A stretch of DNA of 64,000 nt from Christensenellales bacterium. Its GTDB lineage: Bacteria > Bacillota > Clostridia > Christensenellales > CAG-917. Of this stretch, positions 55,527 to 64,000 are shown one piece after another. The notes beneath the pieces were generated by a model. It was given only the letters and a program-made list of their open reading frames with translations. It did not search any database and was not told the origin of the DNA. How positions within the stretch are numbered: the first letter of the stretch is position 1; each line of letters opens with the position of its first letter. A program made the position numbers and the translations under genes. The stretch is from contig JBGUQC010000004.1 in the NCBI GenBank assembly GCA_045130665.1, forward strand, positions 206,089 through 270,088. The letters run 5' to 3'.

Positions 55527-56732
55527 ATGAAGAACGCTATAGATTTGCACATGACTAAAGAAATGTGGATAGAAATGTCCGCACAAGAAAGAGGCCAATA
55601 TGTTGGCTATCTTATTTGGCATTTTGTAAAGAAAAATTACTTAATGCTTATTTTTCTAGTTGCCGCAATTGTATCATGCTTTTTCGTTCCACAAGAACAG
55701 CAAACTGTAGATCATTATATTAAGGCATTTAACCCTAAAACAATAGTCTGTTTGTTCGTTTTAATGCTCACAATTTGTGCACTAACAAATATTAAATTTT
55801 TCAAGACAATTTCGGCTGCAATTTTAAGGAAGGTTCACTCACTTAGAGTACTAGAATTAATACTAGTTTTCTTACCTGCTTTTGTTGCTTTATTCACCAC
55901 TCATGATGTAGCTTTAATTACCTTTATTCCATTCACAATTGTCATGATGGATATGGCTGGAATGAGAAAAAGATTACCAAAGGTAATAATCCTTGAAGTT
56001 TTGGCTTGTACACTAGCTGGAACAATATCACCAATTGGTACTTTACAAAATGTTTATTTGCTAGAAGAATTGCACATTTCTGGACTCGCTTTTATTAAGA
56101 GTTCATGGCCTATTGCACTCGCTGGATATGGCGCAATTTTAATTGCATGTTTAATAGAGAAAAAAGTTGAAATTGTACCTGTAGATACTGGTAAAAGAAT
56201 ACTCCCGAAAGGTAAAACCATCTTGTATATTGCACTATTCATTTTGTCCGTTATCGCTATATTTGATTTCGTCAAAATGCCAAGACTATATTGGATCATT
56301 GGACCTATCGTTGCAATAACAATTTTAATAGTAGATAAAAAGGCTTATGCCAAGGTTAAATACCCTGTATTGGTTTTATTCATTTCCATGTTTGTATTGG
56401 GTGCAAATCTTCAATCCATCTCAGCAATTTCTAACTTCTTAGAAAAGATTATGTCTTGGGAATTCTTCGTAGTAATTGGAACAAGCCAAGTTCTTAACAA
56501 TACAACAGCTATTGTTCTTCTTGCTCCATTCACTTCAAATATACCAACATTCTTAATTGCATCTGCAATTTCTAAGTTTGGTACACCACTCACTACAACA
56601 GCAAACCAAATGGTTATTTCAATTTATCCAGATAACGGAACTCGCAAGACATTCATTCTTTGGTATCTTGTTTCTGAAATCGCCTTCCTTGCTTGGTTAA
56701 TGGGAGTTGGTGCTTTAATAGTTTATCTTTAA
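55527..56732 (+). CDS. ArsB/NhaD-superfamily (CitMHS-like) ion/anion permease; tentative
   Basis: 401 aa, about 10-11 TM. No SD before ATG 55527, so the start is uncertain. Confidence 0.5.
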   Translation: MKNAIDLHMTKEMWIEMSAQERGQYVGYLIWHFVKKNYLMLIFLVAAIVSCFFVPQEQQTVDHYIKAFNPKTIVCLFVLMLTICALTNIKFFKTISAAILRKVHSLRVLELILVFLPAFVALFTTHDVALITFIPFTIVMMDMAGMRKRLPKVIILEVLACTLAGTISPIGTLQNVYLLEELHISGLAFIKSSWPIALAGYGAILIACLIEKKVEIVPVDTGKRILPKGKTILYIALFILSVIAIFDFVKMPRLYWIIGPIVAITILIVDKKAYAKVKYPVLVLFISMFVLGANLQSISAISNFLEKIMSWEFFVVIGTSQVLNNTTAIVLLAPFTSNIPTFLIASAISKFGTPLTTTANQMVISIYPDNGTRKTFILWYLVSEIAFLAWLMGVGALIVYL

Positions 56733-57718
56733 ATCTTTTTGTTAGAAGCAGCTTTGTTAACTCTGTTCATAATTGAAGCACCTAAACCTTCTTCTTTTAA
56801 GCCTTCAATTATTATATAATTGTATTTCTCTTCTGCTTCCCTTAAAGCTGAGTAAATATTGTGTTCGTATTGCTCTAATGTAATGCCTAGAGAAATGAAA
56901 TTGTAATCCTCTGGATGAATAACATTTCTGTATATATCTCTATATACTAAAACAGGCTTTAATCCTTCCTTTTCTTTTGCCTCGTATTCATCTCTTGCCT
57001 TCTCTGGAGTTGTGGCTACAATACATTCACACTTTGGTGCATAATGTGTGTACTTCATTCCTGGAGACTTGGCAATCTTTATAACTTGCCCATTTAGGGC
57101 AACATCTCCAATTATTTCTTGTAACATTTCAAGAGTTACAGCACCTGGTCTTAATATGGTTGGAATGTCTGTTGTTAAATCTAAAACGGTAGACTCTATG
57201 CCGAACTTGCACTCCCCACCATCTAGGATAAGTGGGACTTCACCATTTAAATCATTATATACATGCTCTGCTGTTGTTGGAGATATATGCTTGGACTTAT
57301 TTGCAGATGGCGCAGCAAGTGGATATGAGTTCTTTATAAGCTCTCTTGCTATCTCATTATTAGGCATTCTTATGCCAACTGTTTCACCTCCTGCTGTAAC
57401 TATGTCTGGAATGCTCTTATTCTTCTTTAAAATGATTGTAATAGGTCCAGGCATAAATTCCTTGGCTAACTTGTAAAATAGCTCTGGAACGCTCTCAGCA
57501 ATTTTAGGAACATCATCTAAAGATGATATGTGAACAATTAAAGGATTATCTTGTGGTCTTCCCTTTGCAATAAAAATCTTTTTAACAGCTTCTTCATTAA
57601 AAGCATTAGCGCCAAGACCATAAACAGTCTCGGTTGGAAATACAACTATCCCGCCATCTTTAATAATTTGAGAAGCCTCTTGGATTCCCTCTAATCCTTT
57701 AACAATCTTTGTGTCCAT
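56729..57718 (-). CDS. tsaC: L-threonylcarbamoyladenylate synthase (Sua5/TsaC type)
   Basis: VVFPTETVYGLGANA, SAN.S; Sua5 C-terminal domain present. Confidence 0.9.
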   Translation of the reverse strand: MDTKIVKGLEGIQEASQIIKDGGIVVFPTETVYGLGANAFNEEAVKKIFIAKGRPQDNPLIVHISSLDDVPKIAESVPELFYKLAKEFMPGPITIILKKNKSIPDIVTAGGETVGIRMPNNEIARELIKNSYPLAAPSANKSKHISPTTAEHVYNDLNGEVPLILDGGECKFGIESTVLDLTTDIPTILRPGAVTLEMLQEIIGDVALNGQVIKIAKSPGMKYTHYAPKCECIVATTPEKARDEYEAKEKEGLKPVLVYRDIYRNVIHPEDYNFISLGITLEQYEHNIYSALREAEEKYNYIIIEGLKEEGLGASIMNRVNKAASNKKI

Positions 57719-59610
57719 TAAACAATTTTGTAAATGTATGTTCTGTTATCATCTTTGTATTTGCCTAATACAAATACATATTTTGGATAATTCTTTGGTG
57801 AGTATAATGATGTACCAGATACAAACTTAACTATGCTTGCATCAATAATCTTGTTCTTATTAACATCTGTATTGAAGTTCTTGAAACCATAGAAATACTT
57901 GATAGATGAGGATGTGTCTGGATTGTCTATTCTGTACATATAAACACCAACTCTATAAATTGGGTTACCAGATGAATCATAAGCAAAGTCATTTAATGGT
58001 GCTGAATGGTCTGACATAGCAGTAACTACTACACCATCTTTACCAATTAACTCATATACATTGCTTCCATCTGCCTTTCTCTTACCTATTGCATAGTCTC
58101 CCATGTAGGATGTTAATGATAAGTACTTGAATGGAACAACTAATTGGCCCTTAAGATTGAATGCACCATAATAAACTGTACTATCTATTGTAGTGTTTGC
58201 AATAATCATGCCGTTATTTAAGTTGCAAGAAAGAATTCCACTATAATCACTATTAGTGAATAAAACATTGCCGTATGTATCATATGCTTTAACTACACTT
58301 GGCATTAAGGAAACAATACCAACTTCATCAACATATTGAATTACTAAGTCGTAGAAGCTAACATCTGTTACATCTTGCTCTCTTAATGTAATACCGAAGC
58401 TGCCAGATAAAGACATAATAATGCTTAAATTGGAGTCTAAGATCATTTGGTCATATGTTCCCTCTTTTGTGTATTCGTCTATAACAATACAGAAGGATGC
58501 ATACATGTAACCATCATTTAAGAACTCTGTAGCACTGATACCACCATAAGTTGCATTGTAATGATACTTGTTTGTTAAACTCATGAAGATAATATCTGTA
58601 TCAATATCTGTTCTAGAATCTTCTTTTGCGTTATATAAATAACGATTTACCTTGTAATATGTCTTAACTTCTTCGTTATTATCATTGGTGGATACATAGT
58701 AATATGTATATGGCTTTGCAGATTCAACTACCCAGTCTTGATATACATAGAATGTATCATGTCCTAAATAAACAACTTCGGAATAGTAATCACTACCTGT
58801 TCCATCATCTCTAAAGATAGCTCTTTCTGAGATTGGAATAGACTCTGTTGTTTTAGCGGATACATGTCCAATCTTATATACTCTTTGTGTTTTGCTTTCG
58901 CTTGAATCTGTTGGGAATGTAACAACATAATCATCTGCACCTTCAATTGCAGAAATTGTGCCACTCTCATTTCTAATTAAACCATGTAAGATACCATTAG
59001 ACATTCTATAAATAGAAGCATAGTCTATGGAACCATAACTTGATGTATTGAAGTTGCTATCATATTGGAAATTAACAGCGAGTAATTCGGAAGATAGGAT
59101 GTTTAATACTTCCTCAATCTTTACCGATGTAGGAATGTCATGGAAGTTTGTATGATCAACAACAATTCTTCCCTCTAAATTATAAACTTCTGCTTTTCCA
59201 TCTGCACGTAATACTGCAATTCTTCCATGAGCATATTTAACTGCAGTAATTGCTAAATTGAAACCATAGTCTCCTTCGTTGTCTGTAGTTCTTATAATTG
59301 CTTTGTTTTCACCACTTTTAACAAGGTTAATAAATTTTGTTGTGCTGTCTTTAATAACAAAGGCATCAATCTCTGGAATATAGCCATAGTCTCCACCATA
59401 AGATACACCTGTGGATTCAGTAACAATAGAAACACCAGCTGGTAAACTCATTAATGTTTGGAAACCAGTATATTCTTGTTGGCTACTAGAGTTTTTATAG
59501 ATGTCTGTGTATACAACCTTTGTTTTCTTCTTATTACAGCCAACTAGAGAACATATCGCTAGCAGCGAAATTACTATTACTATGCAAATCGAAATTAATT
59601 TTTTTCTCAT
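57718..59610 (-). CDS. Lipoprotein with beta-rich repeats, unknown function
   Basis: ATG 59610 (MRKKLISICIV...) with SD GGAG; lipobox LVGC. Confidence 0.65.
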   Translation of the reverse strand: MRKKLISICIVIVISLLAICSLVGCNKKKTKVVYTDIYKNSSSQQEYTGFQTLMSLPAGVSIVTESTGVSYGGDYGYIPEIDAFVIKDSTTKFINLVKSGENKAIIRTTDNEGDYGFNLAITAVKYAHGRIAVLRADGKAEVYNLEGRIVVDHTNFHDIPTSVKIEEVLNILSSELLAVNFQYDSNFNTSSYGSIDYASIYRMSNGILHGLIRNESGTISAIEGADDYVVTFPTDSSESKTQRVYKIGHVSAKTTESIPISERAIFRDDGTGSDYYSEVVYLGHDTFYVYQDWVVESAKPYTYYYVSTNDNNEEVKTYYKVNRYLYNAKEDSRTDIDTDIIFMSLTNKYHYNATYGGISATEFLNDGYMYASFCIVIDEYTKEGTYDQMILDSNLSIIMSLSGSFGITLREQDVTDVSFYDLVIQYVDEVGIVSLMPSVVKAYDTYGNVLFTNSDYSGILSCNLNNGMIIANTTIDSTVYYGAFNLKGQLVVPFKYLSLTSYMGDYAIGKRKADGSNVYELIGKDGVVVTAMSDHSAPLNDFAYDSSGNPIYRVGVYMYRIDNPDTSSSIKYFYGFKNFNTDVNKNKIIDASIVKFVSGTSLYSPKNYPKYVFVLGKYKDDNRTYIYKIV

Positions 59611-59611
59611 A

Positions 59612-60313
59612 TTAATCTCCATATGTTATCTTCTCAAAATACATAGCGTTGGACTTTACTCCTAACAGCACTTCCAACATATAAGCTAAATACGAATTAG
59701 ATAGCTTTGCTATGTTATCATCACCTTCACCCTTTTGAAGGTATCCTATAGTATTTATCTTTATATCAGTATTTTTATTGGCACACTCCTCGCAAATAAT
59801 CCCGTTATTCTCTGAAAAATATGCACTATTTCCTAATAACTGTCCACAATTAGCACAATACTTAAAGTCCATTTCATAACCATAGTATTTTAAACATAGT
59901 TTTAAAAACTTGGTTGAAATATCGTTTGGTTTTGCGCCATCATAGGCTAGTTCACCGAGCAATTTAATACTCTCAGTGAGTAATCCTACCTGTGGCGTAT
60001 CCTTTATTAGTCTGTTTAATACATCCATCATCATACAGCCGCAATAATATGTGTCTATGTCTTGCGTTATAGATGAGAATGCATCTATTTGCACACACTC
60101 TGTCATGGTGTACATATTGCTTTTCTTTGCTAGCATATATTCGCCAAAATTAAAAACCTCTGCAGCATACTTTAACTTGGCAGTATTCTTCTTAACGCCT
60201 CTTGCTAGCACGGTTATACGGCCTAGTTCAAAAGTAACCATATTGATAAGCTTGTCATTATCTTTATAGTCGCTTGTTTTAACAACTATTCCTCTAACCT
60301 TTATAAGATCCAT
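59612..60313 (-). CDS. recO: DNA repair protein RecO
   Basis: OB-fold N-terminus; zinc-finger CANCG...CEEC. Confidence 0.9.
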   Translation of the reverse strand: MDLIKVRGIVVKTSDYKDNDKLINMVTFELGRITVLARGVKKNTAKLKYAAEVFNFGEYMLAKKSNMYTMTECVQIDAFSSITQDIDTYYCGCMMMDVLNRLIKDTPQVGLLTESIKLLGELAYDGAKPNDISTKFLKLCLKYYGYEMDFKYCANCGQLLGNSAYFSENNGIICEECANKNTDIKINTIGYLQKGEGDDNIAKLSNSYLAYMLEVLLGVKSNAMYFEKITYGD

Positions 60314-61239
60314 TATTTCAATTCCTTCTTGTCGTAGCCGTACTCTCTTAAAAGATAGTCATTGTCTCTCCAGTCTGGGTCAACCTTAACAAATAATGTT
60401 AAATAAACCTTGCATTGAAGCATATCCTCTATATCGTGTCTTGCCTCGGTTGCTATCTTTTTGAGCATTTGCCCGCCTTTTCCAATGATAATTCCCTTGT
60501 GAGATTGCTTTTCACAGATAATGTTTGCATCTATCTCGCAAATACTCTTAGAATCTCCACCAACTTCTCTCTTCCCCTTTGAATCTTCTCTAAATTCAAA
60601 CTTATTAACTTGGACTGAAAGTTCGTATGGAACTTCTTTGTTTAAAAGATACAATGTCTTTTCTCTAATAATCTCGGAAGACATGAATCTTAAAGTGTTA
60701 TCTGTGTACATATCCTCTGGGAACATTTGTATTCCTGTTTGGAGGAATGGATCTATTAACTTCAATAATGTGTCTAGGTTTTCTCCCTTCTTTGCACATA
60801 TTGGAATTATCTCGTTTAAGTTTTCAACATGGTTAAGTTTTTCTAGAACAACAAATAGTGTTTCTCTTGAAATACAGTCTGTCTTGTTAACTGCAACTAT
60901 AATAGGATACTTTGCAGCGTACTTTTCAAAGAACTCGTAATCTGCCTTTTGTACACCTTTTGAAGCATCTATTACATAGAGCATGCATTCTATGTCTTTC
61001 ATAGAATAAGTAACAGATTGCATCATATAATCTCCAAGTTTATTTTTAGGTGTAAAAATACCAGGAGTATCTATAAACACAATTTGTCTATCTTCAGTGG
61101 TGACAATGCCTAAAATTCTGTTTCTTGTTGTGTTTGGTCTCCAAGAAACAATGGCAACTTTTTCACCAGTTAAAGAGTTAATTAGCGTGGACTTACCTGC
61201 ATTTGGTAATCCAACAATACAAACAAAACCTGTCTTCAT
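60313..61239 (-). CDS. era: GTPase Era
   Basis: GLPNAGKST, DTPG, NKTD, C-terminal KH domain. Confidence 0.95.
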   Translation of the reverse strand: MKTGFVCIVGLPNAGKSTLINSLTGEKVAIVSWRPNTTRNRILGIVTTEDRQIVFIDTPGIFTPKNKLGDYMMQSVTYSMKDIECMLYVIDASKGVQKADYEFFEKYAAKYPIIVAVNKTDCISRETLFVVLEKLNHVENLNEIIPICAKKGENLDTLLKLIDPFLQTGIQMFPEDMYTDNTLRFMSSEIIREKTLYLLNKEVPYELSVQVNKFEFREDSKGKREVGGDSKSICEIDANIICEKQSHKGIIIGKGGQMLKKIATEARHDIEDMLQCKVYLTLFVKVDPDWRDNDYLLREYGYDKKELK

Positions 61240-61718
61240 TATTTACCTTTTACACTGAGGCCAATGCTATTAAGTATAGCTGTTTGATGACCTCTCATTA
61301 TTATTTCGTCTTTTTCTTCAATGTGATCAAAGCCTAGAATATGAAGTAGACCATGTACTGTTAAAAAGCCTATCTCCCTCTCAATTGAGTGGCCATATTC
61401 ATTAGCTTGCTCTTTTGCTCTGTCTCTGCAAATGCATATAGTGCCTAAGATAACCTTCCCGTTTTCTTTCTCACCATAATCAAAATCATCCGCTTCAACA
61501 GGCAATTTCCCGCCTATGTCTTGGGCAGGAAAACTTAATACATCCGTAACACTATCTACTCCTCGCTCTGCTTTGTTGATTGCTTGAATTTCCTCAGGAG
61601 TAATAATGTTAACCTCGGTTATAAAAATATCTTTTTGGTTAAAGTACATAAATGTAGCTTTTGCTACATCCTTTATAATCTTCTTTTCCTCTGCACTTGC
61701 GCCGTATATTCTTATCAT
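61239..61718 (-). CDS. ybeY: rRNA maturation RNase YbeY
   Basis: HGLLHILGFDH metal motif. Confidence 0.95.
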   Translation of the reverse strand: MIRIYGASAEEKKIIKDVAKATFMYFNQKDIFITEVNIITPEEIQAINKAERGVDSVTDVLSFPAQDIGGKLPVEADDFDYGEKENGKVILGTICICRDRAKEQANEYGHSIEREIGFLTVHGLLHILGFDHIEEKDEIIMRGHQTAILNSIGLSVKGK

Positions 61719-63232
61719 CTCTTATCTTTGTCGTAGTCAACTCTTGAATGGTGTACAGATGGAAGAACTTCCATAATCGTTCTCTTAACTGTTGCAATTT
61801 CACCCATGGAAATTGGACATTCATCGAATTGGTTAAGCTTTATCTTTTCATCTACTAGGGAATTAATTCTGTTTTCGAACTCTTCCTTTGAATCTGGGAA
61901 ATATGCTCTTAAAGCTGCTTCACAAGTATCTGCAATCATGATAATAGCTGCAATCTTTGTTTGTGGCTTTGGTCCAGCATATGTGTATCCATTCATATCA
62001 ATATCGCCCTCTGTTAGAGAAAGTGCCTTTCTGTAGAAGTAACCAACTGGTGATGTACCATGGTGTTGAAGTGCTACGTCTTTAATTTCTTTAGGCATAT
62101 GATATTGCTTTAATAAGATCTCACCGAAAATTGTATGAGATGTTATCATTCTAACTGAAACCTCAGGAATAAGTTCATCGTGAGGATTGTATGTAGATTG
62201 GTTCTCTGCAAAATACTCAGGTGATTTTAATTTACCAACGTCATGATAGTATGCTGCACATCTAGCTAAATGTGGATTTTCACCAATTGCTTGAGCACAA
62301 GCTTCAGCAAGGTTACCAACAACTAATGAGTGGTTGAATGTTCCTGGAGCTTCTGAAGATAATCTCTTTAATAATGGGTGGTTTAAATTGCTAAGTTCAT
62401 CCAACTTGAAATCATCGGCAATATTGAATATACCTTCGAAGATTGCAACGAGTGGCATGAATACTAAGATACAACCAACATTACCTGCAAGTCCGTATAC
62501 ACAGTTCCACATAATTTCAATTGGTTCCCAAGAAGCAGCAGATAATGCGCCAACAGAAACTGTGGATAATGCTGTAATACCTGTTCCTAATATTGCACCA
62601 AATAATGTTGAAATAATGAATCTTAATCTTGAGAAGTGTTGAGAAACTAAGAACAACATAAACATTGCAGTAACCATATTGCAAATAACAGATGAAATAA
62701 CATCCATTTGGTTAAATGCAGCAAATACATCTGTAAATGAGAATGTGAATGCAAGTAATACTGTAAGTATTGCTGTTGAAATAATAGCTTCTCTTCTTCC
62801 AAGTAACTCAATAATAACAAGGGCTGTTAAAGCCATTGGAATAAGGTAAACAATGTGTAATAAACTGGACAATGCAACAGAAATAAGATAATTCATGGTT
62901 ATCATTATTATGCATAGACAATAATTTCTTCCTAACTTGTATAATTTTGAGCCTCTGTTAACTGCATAGAGTCCAAAGAATAAGACTATAACAACGATTA
63001 GGAACAACACAAATGTTGAAACCGTTTCACCAATAAATTCTATTGTGAAGTTACTTAAGAATGATTTCTCGCTTGCTTTAGATAAGCTACCAATAAATAA
63101 TGCAAAGATGAAGCATCCTATTGCTGAAACAAGCATTGGAATAAATGAAATCCAAAAGTTCTTTGTGAACCATTGACGTCTTTCATCTTTCGCTTCTTGA
63201 ATAACTTTCAAATCTTTAATATCGTCAATCAT
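61715..63232 (-). CDS. 7-TM HD-domain phosphohydrolase (PgpH/YqfF-like)
   Basis: 7 TM, then HSLVVGNLAE...YYHDVGK. ATG 63232 with SD AGGTGA; the track start 63241 is GTG. Confidence 0.85.
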   Translation of the reverse strand: MIDDIKDLKVIQEAKDERRQWFTKNFWISFIPMLVSAIGCFIFALFIGSLSKASEKSFLSNFTIEFIGETVSTFVLFLIVVIVLFFGLYAVNRGSKLYKLGRNYCLCIIMITMNYLISVALSSLLHIVYLIPMALTALVIIELLGRREAIISTAILTVLLAFTFSFTDVFAAFNQMDVISSVICNMVTAMFMLFLVSQHFSRLRFIISTLFGAILGTGITALSTVSVGALSAASWEPIEIMWNCVYGLAGNVGCILVFMPLVAIFEGIFNIADDFKLDELSNLNHPLLKRLSSEAPGTFNHSLVVGNLAEACAQAIGENPHLARCAAYYHDVGKLKSPEYFAENQSTYNPHDELIPEVSVRMITSHTIFGEILLKQYHMPKEIKDVALQHHGTSPVGYFYRKALSLTEGDIDMNGYTYAGPKPQTKIAAIIMIADTCEAALRAYFPDSKEEFENRINSLVDEKIKLNQFDECPISMGEIATVKRTIMEVLPSVHHSRVDYDKDKR

Positions 63233-63252
63233 ATTTATCACCTAAAGAGTAA

Positions 63253-64000
63253 TTACTCTGTTTTTTCTCCCTCTTCTTTTTTCTCGAAGTCTTCGTATGC
63301 TTTAACGATTCTAGTAACCATTTCATTACGTACGATATCCTTTGTTCCGAGATTAATAATATCTACACCCTCTACACCATCTAAGACTTGGAGCGCTTCT
63401 TTCATACCAGAATCAACATGTCTTGGAAGGTCTATTTGAGTAATGTCACCTGTAATTACCATTTTGCTTCCTTCACCCATACGAGTTAAGAACATCTTCA
63501 TTTGTTCTTTTGTTGTGTTTTGTGCCTCATCTAAGATAATGAATGCGTTGGATAATGTTCTACCTCTCATATATGCGAGTGGTGCAATCTCTATAATGCC
63601 TTTTTCAACGTACTTAAGGTATGTTTCACCGAGCATTTCAAGAAGTGCATCATATAATGGTTTAAGATATGGATCTACCTTTTCAGTTAAATCCCCTGGT
63701 AAGAATCCTAACTTTTCGCCTGCTTCTACTGCTGGACGAGTAAGAATGATTCTTTCTATGTTGTGGTTTTTAAGTTCGTATGCAGCAATTGCAACAGCAA
63801 GATATGTTTTACCTGTTCCAGCTGGACCTACAGCAAAAACTACAGGTTTATTCTTCATTGCCTCGACATATGCATGTTGCCCTGGAGATTTTGGACGGAT
63901 TATTTTACCCTTTTGAGTTATTGCAACTGTTCCTAATAGGTTGTTAATGGAATCTAGTCTGCCACTTTTTACAAGTTCAACTACAATTGTTACTTGTTGT
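63253..64000 (-). CDS. phoH: PhoH family ATPase; 5' end beyond the window
   Basis: [18 protein letters not shown]. The frame stays open upstream of Met 63858 to base 64000 (my translation ...[23 protein letters not shown]). Confidence 0.9.
   Translation of the reverse strand, partial: QQVTIVVELVKSGRLDSINNLLGTVAITQKGKIIRPKSPGQHAYVEAMKNKPVVFAVGPAGTGKTYLAVAIAAYELKNHNIERIILTRPAVEAGEKLGFLPGDLTEKVDPYLKPLYDALLEMLGETYLKYVEKGIIEIAPLAYMRGRTLSNAFIILDEAQNTTKEQMKMFLTRMGEGSKMVITGDITQIDLPRHVDSGMKEALQVLDGVEGVDIINLGTKDIVRNEMVTRIVKAYEDFEKKEEGEKTE

Noticed and set aside
1-64000. CRISPR arrays, rRNA genes, prophage structural genes, RiPP/NRPS/PKS clusters
   Set aside because: No regularly spaced direct repeats, no rRNA-like GC-rich non-coding blocks (the largest gap is 477 nt) and no hallmark genes were seen.

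Overview
AT-rich, very compact chromosomal segment that looks like a low-GC Firmicutes/Clostridia-type anaerobe. All domain calls rest on motif recognition by eye; no searches were run. About 85% of genes lie on the minus strand, often with 0-18 nt junctions or ATGA/TAATG overlaps. Most of the window is housekeeping: valS, tyrS, ilvE, recX, smpB, secG, tsaC, recO, era, ybeY, a pgpH-like HD protein, phoH, ppa, metA/metY, iorAB-paaK-ACT, an aconitase-family enzyme, an RsmD-CoaD fusion and two tRNA-Leu genes. Accessory or poorly understood pockets are: (i) 1-9.4 kb beside tRNA-Leu(GAG), holding an atypical Hsp70 cut by the window edge, a tautomerase-ABC operon, a solitary Fic gene bracketed by a 13-nt motif, a GNAT remnant, a two-component system and an LRR gene between duplicated terminators; (ii) an 18.5-25 kb cluster of pgsA-like, valS, two membrane proteins and DUF2156-GNAT; (iii) 25-28 kb with Sel1 and a giant lipoprotein; (iv) 33.6-37.3 kb with a self-contained IscU-like + 'GGGtGRT' cassette and a membrane-anchored E/A/K/R helix protein; (v) 42.7-50.7 kb with DUF2442-XRE, secreted phosphoesterases, a TetR-glycosyltransferase unit with twin operators, and a nucleobase permease behind a terminator-containing leader. 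No CRISPR array, integrase, transposase, rRNA or recognisable riboswitch class was seen. My best candidates for an undescribed system are the IscU-like/GGGtGRT pair and the DUF2156-centred cluster. Both are hypotheses, not demonstrations.
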